Source: Myxococcota bacterium (lineage in GTDB: Bacteria > Myxococcota_A > UBA9160 > UBA6930). From it: a stretch of 64,000 nt of DNA. Location of the stretch: NCBI GenBank assembly GCA_965223415.1, contig OZ245002.1:3552001-3616000 (forward strand). Reading direction: 5' to 3'. Position numbers and translations under genes: made by a program. Every line of letters starts with the position of its first letter. Within the stretch, counting starts at the first letter, position 1. Below are positions 8,146 through 18,353 of the stretch, one piece after another. The notes beneath the pieces were generated by a model. It ran no database searches. It saw only the letters and a list, made by a program, of their open reading frames with translations, and was not told where the DNA came from.

Positions 8146-9680
8146 GCGCGCCGCCCTCCGGTCTCGTCCGGGTCTTCGCCGAGTACGAGCGGGACTTCAC
8201 CGAAGAGGCCGACGTCGTGGTGGTCGGCTCCGGCCCCTGCGGCGCGGTCGTCGCCTACGAGCTGGCCACCCGGGGCAAGCGCGTGGTCCTGCTCGAGGAA
8301 GGCCCGCCCTTCACGCCCCAGGAGTTCGAGCTCGACGGCGCGCTCTCGATGACCCGCACGATGCGCGAAGCGGGCCTGCGCACGACCCGTGGCACGGTCA
8401 TCCCCACCATGCAGGCGATCGCGCTGGGAGGCGGCTCCCTCGTCAACTCCGCCATCTGCGTTCGACCGCCGGACTTCGTCTTCGAGGGCTGGGAGGAGCA
8501 CTTCGAGCTCAGTGGGACGCGTCGCAAGGATCTGGACCCGCACTTCGACGCGGTCGAGCGCTTCCTCGGCATCGCCCCCACCCCCGACGACGTGCAGGGC
8601 CCCCGCAACCTGCTCTTCCGGGACGGCTGCCGAGCCCTCGGCATCGAGAGCGAACCGATCGCCCGCAATGTGCGCGGTTGTCGCGGTAGCGGCGAGTGCT
8701 TCACCGGCTGCCGCGCCCGTGCGAAGCAGTCGATGGACATCTCCTACGTCCCCGCCGCCATTCGCGCCGGCGCCCGGGTGCTCACGTCGGTGCAGGTGCA
8801 GGAGGTGCTGGCCGACGGCCGCCGCGCCACTGGCGTGCGCGGCCAGGTGGTCGAGCCCTTCACGGGTCGGCGCAGCCATCGCTTCCGCGTCGACGCCAAG
8901 ATGGTCGTGCTGGCTGCCGGCTGCATGGCGACGCCGGTGCTGCTCCAGAAGAGCGGCAACCTGGCGAACGGCTCCGGCCAGGTCGGGCGCAACCTTCAGT
9001 TCCACCCGGGCATCGCGGTGCTGGGCGTCTTCCCGGAGAAGGTCGATCCGGGCTTTGGCGCCACCCAGGGCTATCAGAGCCTGGCCTTCCTGCGCGACGG
9101 CTACAAGCTCGAGACCCTCTGGGCGCCGGCCGCGGTGCTGGCGGTGCGCTTCCCCGGCTTCGGCCACGCGCTGAAGCGCCACCTGGCCGACGTGCCCTAC
9201 GCCGCCAACTGGGACGCCATCGCCAGCTGCCACCGCTCCCTCGGCACGGTGCGGCCCCGGCGCGGCGCCTCCCTGGACCCGGTCCTCCACTGGCGTTTCG
9301 ACGAGGACGACGTGCAGGTGCTCGGTCAGGCGCTCTACCAGATCGCGCGCATCTTCTTCGCCGCCGGCGCCCGCAAGATCCTGCCCGGCGTGCACGGCAT
9401 CCCCGACGAGCTGCACTCCCTCGAGGAGGCGGCCATCTTCCGCACCCGAAGGCTCTCCTCCACCGACTTCGTGTTCGGCGGCAACCACGCCTTCTGCACC
9501 ACCCGCATGCACGGCCGGCCCGAGGGCGGTGTCGTGGACGAGCACGGGCGGGCCCATGAGATGGACGGGCTCTACGTGGTGGACACGGGGATCTTCCCGC
9601 GCTGCAGCTCGGTGAACCCGATGCTGACGGGCCTGGCCCTGGCGCACCGGGCGGCGGGGGCCCTGGCAGAGGAGCTCTGA
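8142..9680 (+). CDS. GMC-family FAD oxidoreductase
   Basis: DVVVVGSGPCGA, LGGGSLVNSA, CRGSGECFTGC, GRNLQFHP and VNPMLT. Confidence 0.92.
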   Translation: MSAPPSGLVRVFAEYERDFTEEADVVVVGSGPCGAVVAYELATRGKRVVLLEEGPPFTPQEFELDGALSMTRTMREAGLRTTRGTVIPTMQAIALGGGSLVNSAICVRPPDFVFEGWEEHFELSGTRRKDLDPHFDAVERFLGIAPTPDDVQGPRNLLFRDGCRALGIESEPIARNVRGCRGSGECFTGCRARAKQSMDISYVPAAIRAGARVLTSVQVQEVLADGRRATGVRGQVVEPFTGRRSHRFRVDAKMVVLAAGCMATPVLLQKSGNLANGSGQVGRNLQFHPGIAVLGVFPEKVDPGFGATQGYQSLAFLRDGYKLETLWAPAAVLAVRFPGFGHALKRHLADVPYAANWDAIASCHRSLGTVRPRRGASLDPVLHWRFDEDDVQVLGQALYQIARIFFAAGARKILPGVHGIPDELHSLEEAAIFRTRRLSSTDFVFGGNHAFCTTRMHGRPEGGVVDEHGRAHEMDGLYVVDTGIFPRCSSVNPMLTGLALAHRAAGALAEEL

Positions 9681-9710
9681 GGGCCCGCGATCCCCGCGGG
9701 GCGCAAGCCT

Positions 9711-9737
9711 TCATTTCCAGCCCCGACCTGCCGATAC
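9711..9737 (+). promoter_or_regulatory. Sigma28-like promoter
   Basis: TCAT-N15-GCCGATAC upstream of the 9765 ORF. Confidence 0.5.
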
Positions 9738-9764
9738 GCCTCCCGGCTCTCCGGGGGGACTGCC

Positions 9765-10082
9765 GTGAAGACGCTCGTTCGCGCCATCCTGATCGCGATG
9801 CTGGCCGCTGGCCCGGCGCTGGCCGCGCCGAAGCCGGTCGGCCGGGAGTGCGTGAAGCTCACCCAGCAGATCAGTCGCTATCAGCGCGACGCCGGCTGGG
9901 CCCGTGAGCGCGAGAACGCCCTGTGGGAGAAGGCCAGCCTCGACCAGATCGAGCGCCTTGCCATCCGCCGTGCCAAGCGCTGCCCGGAGTTCCGCGAGCA
10001 GGAGAGCACGATCGCGCGCCTGGCGGACCTGGCCGTGAAGCTCGGCTCGCTGGCCGCCCGCTACTTCCTGCTCGGCCTCTAG
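9765..10082 (+). CDS. Small secreted hypothetical protein with two Cys residues
   Basis: Signal peptide MKTLVRAILIAMLAAGPALA, GC-rich codon usage, helical mature part. Confidence 0.7.
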   Translation: MKTLVRAILIAMLAAGPALAAPKPVGRECVKLTQQISRYQRDAGWARERENALWEKASLDQIERLAIRRAKRCPEFREQESTIARLADLAVKLGSLAARYFLLGL

Positions 10083-10085
10083 CAA

Positions 10086-10115
10086 AAGCGCAAGGAACGT
10101 CCCCGTTCTTGCGTT
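10086..10115. terminator. Hairpin between convergent genes, with an AAGGAACGTCCC core shared with the 57537 hairpin
   Basis: AAGCGCAAGGAACG-TCCC-CGTTCTTGCGTT. Confidence 0.6.
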
Positions 10116-10120
10116 CTCGG

Positions 10121-10519
10121 CTAGCGGGGCCACCAGGCCTGGACGGTGGCGGCGAAGAGGCCGTGGTAGCGGCGGGTGAGGTCGTCGGCGTCGGCGGGGA
10201 CCTCCTGCATGCGCGTCTCGGGGAGCGGAGATGCGCCGGGCATCGGGTCCACCCACTCCAGGTTCACGCTCTCGCACACCTCGCCGAGGCGCGGCGACGC
10301 CGCCTCGTGGTGGTCGCTGGTCTGGTGGCGCAGGAAGGCGTGAAAATCCTCGAAGGCGAGGAGCGCGTAGTAGAAGCCGGGCTCGGCACCGCGCCAGTAC
10401 TCGTAGCGGAGGCAGCCGCTCTCGGCGGCGTGGGTGGCATCGTGGAGCTCCGCCGCGATGGTCTCGAAGTCCTTCTCGCGGCTGGGCTTCACCCGGATGT
10501 GGGCCAGGAGGGTCGCCAT
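10121..10519 (-). CDS. Antibiotic biosynthesis monooxygenase (ABM) domain protein
   Basis: LAHIRVKPSREKDFE...ESGCLRYEYWR...AFLRHQTSDHH. Confidence 0.8.
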   Translation of the reverse strand: MATLLAHIRVKPSREKDFETIAAELHDATHAAESGCLRYEYWRGAEPGFYYALLAFEDFHAFLRHQTSDHHEAASPRLGEVCESVNLEWVDPMPGASPLPETRMQEVPADADDLTRRYHGLFAATVQAWWPR

Positions 10520-10572
10520 GGGCCCGAGCGTAGCGCTGCAGGTACGGGCCCTGCCGGCCGATGCGGCAGGGG

Positions 10573-10941
10573 ATGCGCTTCCTCGCCTTCGCCGGAACCA
10601 CGCTCGCGGTACTCCTCGGGCTGTTCCTCGCCCTCGCCCTGGTGCTGCCGGTCGGCGAGGCGAGGATCCACGCGGGGCTGATGGCGCTTCCCTGCATGTG
10701 GGCGGCGCGACTGATCCTGGCCCATCGCCGAGGTCGAATCACGAAGCGCCTGCTCTTCCTGGCAACGCCGGGCATCGACACGTCCCTGTCGCTCACGAAC
10801 CCGAGCGTCCTCGACCGGGACAGCCAGCGCTGGGAGTTCAGCAGCTACTTCCTGCGCGAGTGCGCCGTGTGCGCCTTCGCCTGGATCTTCCTCCTCGCCA
10901 ACATGGTGCTTCCCGCCGTCGCCGAGTCGGTTCGCCTCTAG
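10573..10941 (+). CDS. Hypothetical membrane protein; its stop codon lies in the IS target site
   Basis: Hydrophobic segments. The TAG is part of CTAG at 10938-10941. Confidence 0.55.
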   Translation: MRFLAFAGTTLAVLLGLFLALALVLPVGEARIHAGLMALPCMWAARLILAHRRGRITKRLLFLATPGIDTSLSLTNPSVLDRDSQRWEFSSYFLRECAVCAFAWIFLLANMVLPAVAESVRL

Positions 10942-12232
10942 CAGGCTGCGGAAGAACGCCGATGGTACGCAGAGAACGGTGCCTTGGAGGCGCTTTGGCT
11001 AGGAAAGGAGCGCGGAATCGAGGCCTTGCCGCCGGTTGACGCCCGGCTCGCTGCCAACGGGGCCCTCCACTCGACCCGACAAGCTACGTGGGGCATAGCA
11101 GGTTCCTCATCCTCACAAGGTTGTAGGCCGCCTGGGTGAACGTGAACATCCAGCCCACCCGCTCCTTGCCGCGATGCTTCACCTTGCGAATCGGGCCTAC
11201 CGTCTTCCCCCAGCCGAAGACCTGCTCGATCGCCTTGCGTTTGCGCTGGCTGATCTCGTAGCCCACGTGCGTCGTCGTTCGATCATCGATCGCGCTGCGG
11301 CGGCCCTTGTCGTTCTGCGCAACGTGCGGGGTCACGCCCAGCTCTCGAAGCTCTTCGACATGCGACACCGTGTCGTAGCCCTTGTCTCCGCCCAACGTCG
11401 ATCGCCGTCCGCGTGGCACCCGCTTCACCATCGCCACCGAGGCCTCGCGCTCCGCCGTGCCCGTGGCCAGCGTCGTCTTGGCCGCCACCACCAGGCCATG
11501 CCGGTTCTCCGTCACCACGTGGCCCATGAAGCACAGCTTCGCTTCCTTCCCCTTCCCCTTGCGGTAGAGCCGGGACTCCGGGTCCGTCGTCGAGGCGTGC
11601 GTGTCGTTCTTCCTACGCTCACCGTGGAAGTCCCGCTCCGTCGCCTTCCGTCCACCCCCGCGGCCGCCCCGGTCCTCGTCCTTCGGCCGAAAGCTCTTCT
11701 GCCCCGCCCATGCCTCGATCAGCGTGCCGTCCACCGTGAAGTGCTCGTCCGACAGAAGCCCCTCCTCGCGGGCCTCCGCCAACACGGCCTGAAAGAACCC
11801 CTCCGCGATCTCTCCCCGAAGCAACCGATCCCGATTCTTCGTGAACACCGTCACGTCCCAGACCCGGTCGTCCATCTCGAGCCCCACGAACCAGCGGAAC
11901 AGCAGGTTGTACTCGAGCTGCTCCATCAGCATCCGCTCGCTTCGCACCGAGTAGAGCACCTGCAGCAGCAGGGCCCGCAACAGGTGCTCGGGCGGAATCG
12001 ACGGCCGACCCGTCCGCGAGTACAGCTTCCGCAACCTCCCGTCCAGCCGGACCAGGGCGCGATTCGTCATCTCCCGCGTCACGCGCAGTGGATGATCGGC
12101 GGGGACACGCGCCTCCGGCGACACGTAGCTGAACATCGTGGACTGCGTTCGATCGGTTCCGCGCATCTCCATCCCCCCGGTATGCCTGTACCAACCGATT
12201 CGACCCGTCGCACGGGGTTTTTCCGCAGCCTG
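10942..12232 (-). mobile_element. IS5-family insertion sequence, 1291 bp, apparently intact
   Basis: Terminal inverted repeats CAGGCTGCGGAAGAAC (10942-10957) and GTTTTTCCGCAGCCTG (12217-12232), 15/16 match. CTAG direct repeats at 10938-10941 and 12233-12236. Confidence 0.93.
11084..12172 (-). CDS. IS5-family DDE transposase
   Basis: MFSYVSPEARVPADHPLR, GRPSIPPEHLLRALLLQ, VDGTLIEAWA, GGDKGYD and IEQVFGWGK. Confidence 0.95.
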   Translation of the reverse strand: MEMRGTDRTQSTMFSYVSPEARVPADHPLRVTREMTNRALVRLDGRLRKLYSRTGRPSIPPEHLLRALLLQVLYSVRSERMLMEQLEYNLLFRWFVGLEMDDRVWDVTVFTKNRDRLLRGEIAEGFFQAVLAEAREEGLLSDEHFTVDGTLIEAWAGQKSFRPKDEDRGGRGGGRKATERDFHGERRKNDTHASTTDPESRLYRKGKGKEAKLCFMGHVVTENRHGLVVAAKTTLATGTAEREASVAMVKRVPRGRRSTLGGDKGYDTVSHVEELRELGVTPHVAQNDKGRRSAIDDRTTTHVGYEISQRKRKAIEQVFGWGKTVGPIRKVKHRGKERVGWMFTFTQAAYNLVRMRNLLCPT

Positions 12233-12362
12233 CTAGGGCACGCGACCCGTACGCAAGAAGCTGCGGAAGTCCCCGTGTCCAATCACGGTTTCCTCTTCCC
12301 GCTCTCGAGATTCCGGCGCAGCGCCCTGGGCGAGCGCATCGCCGGCGCCCCGGCGGAGACCG

Positions 12363-12749
12363 ATGAGCGAGGCGGGCCTGGCCGCGCGTCCGACGCCGAA
12401 GGCGCCTCGGACGCGTGCTCGCATCCTCGGCGCCTCGCTCGGGCTCTTCCAGGAAAGGGCTTCCACGAGACGTCGATGCGGGACATCGCCTCCGCGGCGG
12501 GCCTCTCCCTGGGCGCCATCGAGGAGCGCATCCGCACGCTCCTCGCGATGCGCCTCGAGCACCTCGCGCCCTACCACCTACGGGGCTTCCTCTCGGGCCT
12601 CGCGCACCGCGCGCATCACCGAGCAGAGCCTCTCGCTGCTCGGCAGCCTGCTCGCGCTGACCGCCGCACCCATTCCGGGCCTGGGTCGCGTGGTCGAGCT
12701 GGTCGACCAGCTCGTCGAGTCGGTGATGGCGATCGGCGACGGGAGCTAG
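12363..12749 (+). pseudogene. Degraded TetR-family regulator
   Basis: TRARILGASLGLFQE is followed, after a frameshift in the AAA run at 12454-12456, by KGFHETSMRDIASAAGLSLGA. The end of the HTH (YxxF) is missing, and a second frameshift precedes the C-terminal helix. Confidence 0.75.
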
Positions 12750-14761
12750 CTGCCCGGCCGGTACTGGATCGGCGACGACCAGGCGCGCTCCTGCAGGGTC
12801 GCCGGAAGGTCCGAGCGCGGCGGGACGCCGCTGCGGATCGCGTCCCAGGTGGACCAGCGGCAGGTGGGGTTCTCGAGCACGCGGGCGTAGTAGAAGGCCC
12901 GCTCGCCGGCGTCGAAGTCGGGATCCCGCCAGAGGGCGCGGAGCTGCGTGTCGCCCTCCGCCGGCGCGTAGGAGCAATCCGAGACGTCGACGCTCGCGCC
13001 GTTCGCCGGGCAGCGACGGGTCGCCGGGTCGACGGCGGCGCCGCCGGCGCAGGCCACGTCGTGGACGACCTCGTGAGTGTCGCCGGCGGCATCGATCCAG
13101 CCCTTGACGATCTGCAGGCGCTGGAGCGGGGCGCTCAGCGGATCGCCGAGGGCCCAGACCAGGAAGCGCGGCGTCTCGCCGCCGCTACCCGGCAGCTCGC
13201 CCCCCATGCTCACGCCGGAGGCGTAGGCCCGGGAGACGGCGTCCCGAGCATCGAGGATCCGATCCGAGAAGTCGTAGCCGGCGAAGAAGCGCAGGCGGAT
13301 GCGCGGGCCCGAGGTGGCGAAGGTCTCCTTGCGGCGGAAGGCCTCGTAGATCGCCGCCCGGGTGTTCTCCTCCGCCCACACGCCGGCCACGCCGGAGGCG
13401 CCGTAGGTGGACGTCGCGCTGTGGAGGTAGGTCTCGCCGTCCACCTCCTTGCGCATCTGTGGCGCGCCGAACCGGGTGAACACGTCCTGGACGAGGCCCA
13501 TCGGCACGGAGCCGCGCAGCTCCGGCGTGGCGTCCAGCAGGCCCACCTTCGAGAAGAAGTTGGACTCGTCGTCCGACATCGCGGCGGTGTGCGTATCGCT
13601 CGCGGCGACGAAGCCGAAGGCGTAGGGGTTGGTGATGCCCTGTCGCTCGAGGGCGAGCCCGCGGCGCAGGGCGTCGCGCACGTAGCTCCCGGCGGGCTCG
13701 CTCGGCTGCATGGTGGCGACCCGGTAGGGCATGATCTCGAAGTCCGCCCACTCGTCGGTGGTCGAGAGTGCCGGGTGGGTCTCGGAGGTTCCCTTCACCT
13801 GGGTGATCTCGACCAGCGGCTCGTTGCGGATGCGCTGGCGGGCGTAGTCGTCGTCCATCGGGTCGCCGGCCCAGTCGACCAGCTTGAACATCTGGCCATT
13901 CGAGCCGTTCGAGTTGTGGGGGATCGCCAGGCTCTCGATGCCGCGCTGCCGGAGGCCGTCCATCCAGTCCCACAGGCCCTCCGGGTTCTGGGAGTGGAAG
14001 CGCGAGAAGGGCACCGCCGGCAGGCGCTCGCTGCCCTTGAAGATCACGTTGCGGTGCAGGTTGCCGCGGTCGTCGCTGGAGGTGGTGTACTCGTAGGCGA
14101 CGAAGGTGGTGAAGCGGCCGGGCTCGTTGAAGAGCTCGGCGGCGTCGATCGAATCCTTCCAGGCGGAACGCGCGATGTCCAGCACCATCTCCCGGTCGAC
14201 CGTCCCGTCCTGGATGCCGCTGACGGCGTTCGTCAGGAAGGACCCGAAGGCCTGGAGACGGCCCGGCAGGCTCGAGACGTCGCGGTTGTCCGGCCCGTTC
14301 AGATCGTGGAGTGGCTCGTTGAAGCCCAGCCTGGATAACTCCGTCGAGGTGTCGGCCGCCGCACGAACCGCGCCGAGGAACATGGCGTGGTCCGTGACCG
14401 CGTAGAAGTCCAGCGGCTGCCGAAGCGTCACGTCGAAGCCGGCCGGGTGCTGGATCGTCTCGCCCTTCGCATAGCGGTAGGCGTCGTAGGGAGTGGCGAG
14501 GGTGCCGAACACGAAGGCGTCGAAGGAGTAGGTGGTGTGGACGTGGAGATCCCCGAAGTAGGCGTTGCGGTCCGGGTTCGCCGGCGGGCGCAGGGTGAGG
14601 ACCTGGTCGTCGGTCTCGAAGACCGCTCCGCCCGGCAGCGCGTTGCGGTACTGGGTATCGGCTCCGGTCTCGGCGGCCGGCGCCGGCTCGCTGTCCTCGG
14701 AGCAGCCCGCGCCGAAGAGGAGGAGGAGGGTCCCCGCGAGGATCGTGCAGCGCTTCATCAT
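12746..14761 (-). CDS. DUF3604 family protein (PHP-like metal-binding fold), probable lipoprotein
   Basis: Lipobox LFGAGC, YFGDLHVHTTYSFDA, DFYAVTDHA, NLHRNVIF, IPHNSNGSNG, EITQVKGTSETHP, ASDTH and QERAWSSPI. Confidence 0.88.
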   Translation of the reverse strand: MMKRCTILAGTLLLLFGAGCSEDSEPAPAAETGADTQYRNALPGGAVFETDDQVLTLRPPANPDRNAYFGDLHVHTTYSFDAFVFGTLATPYDAYRYAKGETIQHPAGFDVTLRQPLDFYAVTDHAMFLGAVRAAADTSTELSRLGFNEPLHDLNGPDNRDVSSLPGRLQAFGSFLTNAVSGIQDGTVDREMVLDIARSAWKDSIDAAELFNEPGRFTTFVAYEYTTSSDDRGNLHRNVIFKGSERLPAVPFSRFHSQNPEGLWDWMDGLRQRGIESLAIPHNSNGSNGQMFKLVDWAGDPMDDDYARQRIRNEPLVEITQVKGTSETHPALSTTDEWADFEIMPYRVATMQPSEPAGSYVRDALRRGLALERQGITNPYAFGFVAASDTHTAAMSDDESNFFSKVGLLDATPELRGSVPMGLVQDVFTRFGAPQMRKEVDGETYLHSATSTYGASGVAGVWAEENTRAAIYEAFRRKETFATSGPRIRLRFFAGYDFSDRILDARDAVSRAYASGVSMGGELPGSGGETPRFLVWALGDPLSAPLQRLQIVKGWIDAAGDTHEVVHDVACAGGAAVDPATRRCPANGASVDVSDCSYAPAEGDTQLRALWRDPDFDAGERAFYYARVLENPTCRWSTWDAIRSGVPPRSDLPATLQERAWSSPIQYRPGS

Positions 14762-15894
14762 CAGGAGAGCCCCTTGCCCGGGTTGACGAGCACCTTCTCG
14801 CCCGTGGCCTGCCGGCGGTAGGCGCGGGCCGTCTCCGGGTCGAGAGCCTCGGCCAGGGAGACCTCCTTCGTGTAGTGGCTCGCGAAGGTGGTCTGGATCT
14901 CCCGGGCGACGCGCTCGCGCAGCTCCTGGCCGCGCTCGCGGCCGACCCGCTGCAGGAAGGGCGGGAGCAGCCAGCCGCCGATGCCCCAGGCCATTCCGAA
15001 GCCGCGGTGGAACTCGGTGGGAGACGGGTCGAGGCCGCCGTAGATGTACACCTGTTTGTGGACGTTCGACCCATAGCGGGTGAACTCCGTGGCCGTGCGG
15101 CTGGCGGCGCGCTCCATGCAGGTCAGGATCTGGCCGGCCTGGCGCCCGCCGCCGATCGCGTCGAAGGCGAGGGTCGCGCCGGTCTCCACCAGTGCCTCGG
15201 TGAGATCGTCGAGGAACGAGTCCGCGCTCGAACTCACCACCTGCTTCGCACCGAGTCCCCGGAGCAGCTCCGCCTGCTCGGGTCGTCGCACGACGTTCAC
15301 GAGGGGCACGTCGTCGGCGCGGCACAGCTTGACGAGCATCTGGCCCAGGTTGGAGGCGGCGGCGGTGTGGACCAGCCCGGTGTGCCCCTCCATGCGCATG
15401 GTCTCGACCATGCCGAGGGCGGTGAGCGGGTTCACGAAGCAGGAGGCGCCCTCCGCCGGCTTCGTACCCTCGGGCAGCGGCAGGACGAAGGCGGCGGGGA
15501 GACAGCGCAGCTGCGCGTAGGTCGGGCCCCCGAAGATCGCGACCGTCCGGCCGAGGAGCGCCTGGGCCGCCTGCGAGCTGCCCGCCTCGATCACGACTCC
15601 GGCCCCTTCGTTGCCGACGGGCATCGCCTGTTCCAGGCGGGCGGCCGCGAGCTTCACCAACGCCGGCGGCACCTGGGCCGTCAGCACGGGACGCTCGGGC
15701 GTTCCCTCGCGCTTCGCGGTGGCGAGGTCCGCCCCCGCCAGTAGGAGACCCAGGTCGGAGGGATTGATGGGCGCCGCCTCGACCCGCACGAGCACGTCGT
15801 CCGGGCCCGGTGCGGGAACCTCGACCTCCGCGAGGGACACCTCGAGGACGCCTTCGCGGCGGAGCGTCGACTGCATCTGGAGACCGGTGGGCAT
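14761..15894 (-). CDS. MDR-superfamily (GroES-like) NAD(P)H oxidoreductase
   Basis: VRVEAAPINPSDLG, VGNEGAGVV, SCFVNPLTALGM and HTAAASNLGQML. Confidence 0.88.
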   Translation of the reverse strand: MPTGLQMQSTLRREGVLEVSLAEVEVPAPGPDDVLVRVEAAPINPSDLGLLLAGADLATAKREGTPERPVLTAQVPPALVKLAAARLEQAMPVGNEGAGVVIEAGSSQAAQALLGRTVAIFGGPTYAQLRCLPAAFVLPLPEGTKPAEGASCFVNPLTALGMVETMRMEGHTGLVHTAAASNLGQMLVKLCRADDVPLVNVVRRPEQAELLRGLGAKQVVSSSADSFLDDLTEALVETGATLAFDAIGGGRQAGQILTCMERAASRTATEFTRYGSNVHKQVYIYGGLDPSPTEFHRGFGMAWGIGGWLLPPFLQRVGRERGQELRERVAREIQTTFASHYTKEVSLAEALDPETARAYRRQATGEKVLVNPGKGLS

Positions 15895-15945
15895 GGCGCA
15901 CTCCTGGGACGAGAAGGGCGCTCAGTATGCCACGCCTCCGGCGCG

Positions 15946-17094
15946 TCAGTGGGGAAGGGTCAAACCGTAGATCCGCGCGGCGTTCTCGTACAGGAGCTTG
16001 CGCTGCACCCGCGGCTCGAGGCCGCCCAGGCTCGCCTGGATGTGCTCCTTCACGCCCGGGTAGAGACAGGTGGCGTGGGGGAAGTCCGTCTCGAACATCA
16101 GGTTGTCTTCGCCGAGCCGGGCGATCGCGTCCGTCGGGTCCTTCTCGAACCAGAAGGAGCCGTGGATCTGGCGCCGGAAGTACTCGCTCGGCAGCAGCTC
16201 GAGGTCGGTCACGCCGTTCTCGTGGTACTGGTAATCAAGGCTCTCGAGCAGGAAGGGGAGCCAGCCTATGCCGCTCTCCACCGACACGAACTGCAGCCGC
16301 GGGAAGCGGTCGAGGAGCCCGCTGTAGATCAGGTTGGTGAGGCAGGCCATGTTGCCCATCTGGGCCATCGTCGAGAGCGCGGCGAACAGCCGCGCCGGCG
16401 GGTAGCTCGCCCAGACCCGCGGCGTGATCAGCCCCGCGCCGATGTGGAAGTTCACGGGGATACCGCGCTGCTGGGCGGCGTCCCAGAGCGGATCCCACTG
16501 GGGATCGCAGAGCGGCGTCAGGCCCCAGCTCTCGGTGGCGTCGGTGATCACGAAACCGGTCAGTCCGAGCTCGTCCTGGCATCGCTCCAGCTCGCGCACG
16601 GCGGCGGGCACGTCCCAGAAGGGCAACATCGCCTGGGGGTAGAGACGCCCCTTGCCCTCCGCCTGCATCTCGCCGCAGGCGTCGTTGTAGGCGGTGACGC
16701 AGAAGCTCCGGTGCGTCTCGTCCTCCACCCGCATCACACCGCTGCCCGCGAAGCCCAGCACGTTCGGGTAGACGATCTGGACCGTAAGCCCGTGCTCGTC
16801 CATGTAGTCGAGGCGCTCCGGAACGCGGATCGCACCCGGGTGCACCTCGTCGTAGGTGTCGAAGGCGATCATGCCCTGGCTCTTGCTGCCGTCTGGGCGG
16901 ATCGAGCAGTAGCCGACGGAGCCCATCACCTGGCCGTCCTCGATCACCCACTGCTCCACGCCGCGCTCGTTGCGCTCCACGCGGAGGGTGCGGTCCTTGA
17001 GGCTCGCGGGGGCCCGGGAGGTCCACAGGTCGGCGGGCTCGGTCCAGTGGGAGTCCACGTCGATGACGGGCAGCTGGGCCAGGGCTTCGGACAT
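15946..17094 (-). CDS. Amidohydrolase_2 family protein
   Basis: IDVDSHWTEP, PVNFHIG, FVSVESGIGW and FETDFPH. Confidence 0.9.
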   Translation of the reverse strand: MSEALAQLPVIDVDSHWTEPADLWTSRAPASLKDRTLRVERNERGVEQWVIEDGQVMGSVGYCSIRPDGSKSQGMIAFDTYDEVHPGAIRVPERLDYMDEHGLTVQIVYPNVLGFAGSGVMRVEDETHRSFCVTAYNDACGEMQAEGKGRLYPQAMLPFWDVPAAVRELERCQDELGLTGFVITDATESWGLTPLCDPQWDPLWDAAQQRGIPVNFHIGAGLITPRVWASYPPARLFAALSTMAQMGNMACLTNLIYSGLLDRFPRLQFVSVESGIGWLPFLLESLDYQYHENGVTDLELLPSEYFRRQIHGSFWFEKDPTDAIARLGEDNLMFETDFPHATCLYPGVKEHIQASLGGLEPRVQRKLLYENAARIYGLTLPH

Positions 17095-17113
17095 ACGGGC
17101 GTCCTCCCGGGGT

Positions 17114-18292
17114 TCAGTCGACACCATAGACGCGGGCGGCGTTGTGGTGCAGGAGCTTGCCGGCCACGTCTCGGGGCAGCTTCTCCAGCGCCCGGGCGGC
17201 GTACTCCCGCGGCGGCACCGCCGGTGTCGCCGGGCCCGGGGACATCGACGTCGGGTGCGGGAAGTCCGTCTCGTAGAGCACGTTGTCCGGGTAGCGCTCC
17301 ACCGCCGGGGTGAGCATCTCGCGCTCGAACCAGAAGCAGGCGTAGACCTGCCGGCGGAAGTACTCGCTCGGAATCAGCTCGTACTCCAGGTGCTCGCGGC
17401 GGACGCCGACGTTTTCCCACTGCCAGTCGAGGGCCTCGAGGAGCCCGGGGATCCAGCTCACCCCGCTCTCGACGGAGACGAAGTCGAGCTCCGGGAAGCG
17501 GTGGCACACCCCCCCGCAGATGATCTCGCTGATCCCGAGCCCGTTGCCGATGAAGGCCAGGGCCGAGAGCCGCGCGAAGTGGGCGTGGATGCCCATCTCG
17601 GCCTTGTCCACGAAGGGATGTCCGTCGGAGGCGCCGAGCCACTCCTGGCTTCCGATGTGGAAGCTGATCGGTAGCCCGGCCTCCTGGGCGACGGACCAGA
17701 CCGGGTCCCAGTCCCGGTGGGCCAGTGGCGCAAAGCCGAAGTCCTGGGGCTGGCTCGGGAAGAGGACCGACTTGTGTCCCTTGGCGATGCAGCGCTCGAT
17801 CTCTCGCACGCTCGCCTCGACGTCCCAGAAGGGGAGGGCGGTGACGGGCAGCAGGCGGTTAGGGGCGGCACTCGCCCAATCGCTCAGGAAGTCGTTGTAG
17901 GCGCGCACGCAGGCGAGCATGAGCGCCTCGTCCTTCATCTGCAGGAAGGACTGGGAGCCGAAGCCGCCGACGTTCGGGTACAGCACCTCGGCCCAGATGC
18001 CGTCGGCGTCCATCCGCTCGATGCGCGCCGCCGGGTCGTAGCCCGCCGGGTCGCACTCCTCGTAGGTTGCGGGGAACTCGGTGGGCGGCCGGCCGTCGTA
18101 GCCCGCCATCGTCACCAGGCCGGGGCCGAGCGTGGGCTGGCCGTCGACGACCCACGTGTCGACGCCCTGGATGCGCTCGATGCGCGGCGCCCGGTCGGCG
18201 AACTTGGCGGGAACCCTCGAGGTCCAGGTGTCCGCCGGCTCGGTCACGTGGGTGTCGACGTCGATGACGCGGAATTCGTCGAAGAGATCCAT
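17114..18292 (-). CDS. Amidohydrolase_2 family protein (tandem paralogue)
   Basis: IDVDTHVTEP, PISFHIG, FVSVESGVSW and YETDFPH. Confidence 0.9.
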   Translation of the reverse strand: MDLFDEFRVIDVDTHVTEPADTWTSRVPAKFADRAPRIERIQGVDTWVVDGQPTLGPGLVTMAGYDGRPPTEFPATYEECDPAGYDPAARIERMDADGIWAEVLYPNVGGFGSQSFLQMKDEALMLACVRAYNDFLSDWASAAPNRLLPVTALPFWDVEASVREIERCIAKGHKSVLFPSQPQDFGFAPLAHRDWDPVWSVAQEAGLPISFHIGSQEWLGASDGHPFVDKAEMGIHAHFARLSALAFIGNGLGISEIICGGVCHRFPELDFVSVESGVSWIPGLLEALDWQWENVGVRREHLEYELIPSEYFRRQVYACFWFEREMLTPAVERYPDNVLYETDFPHPTSMSPGPATPAVPPREYAARALEKLPRDVAGKLLHHNAARVYGVD

Positions 18293-18353
18293 CGCTACCT
18301 CCGGGGAGACGATACCGCGCTCGTGCGAGGCCGGCTCTGGAGCCGGCCGGCCG

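Noticed and set aside
12260..12269. GCTGCGGAAG matching the IS5 terminal repeat just outside the element
   Set aside because: Only 10 bp, with no partner repeat or target duplication; compatible with chance.
15946..18292. Tandem amidohydrolases as a special system
   Set aside because: This family is commonly expanded in such genomes, and no accessory genes point to a specific pathway.
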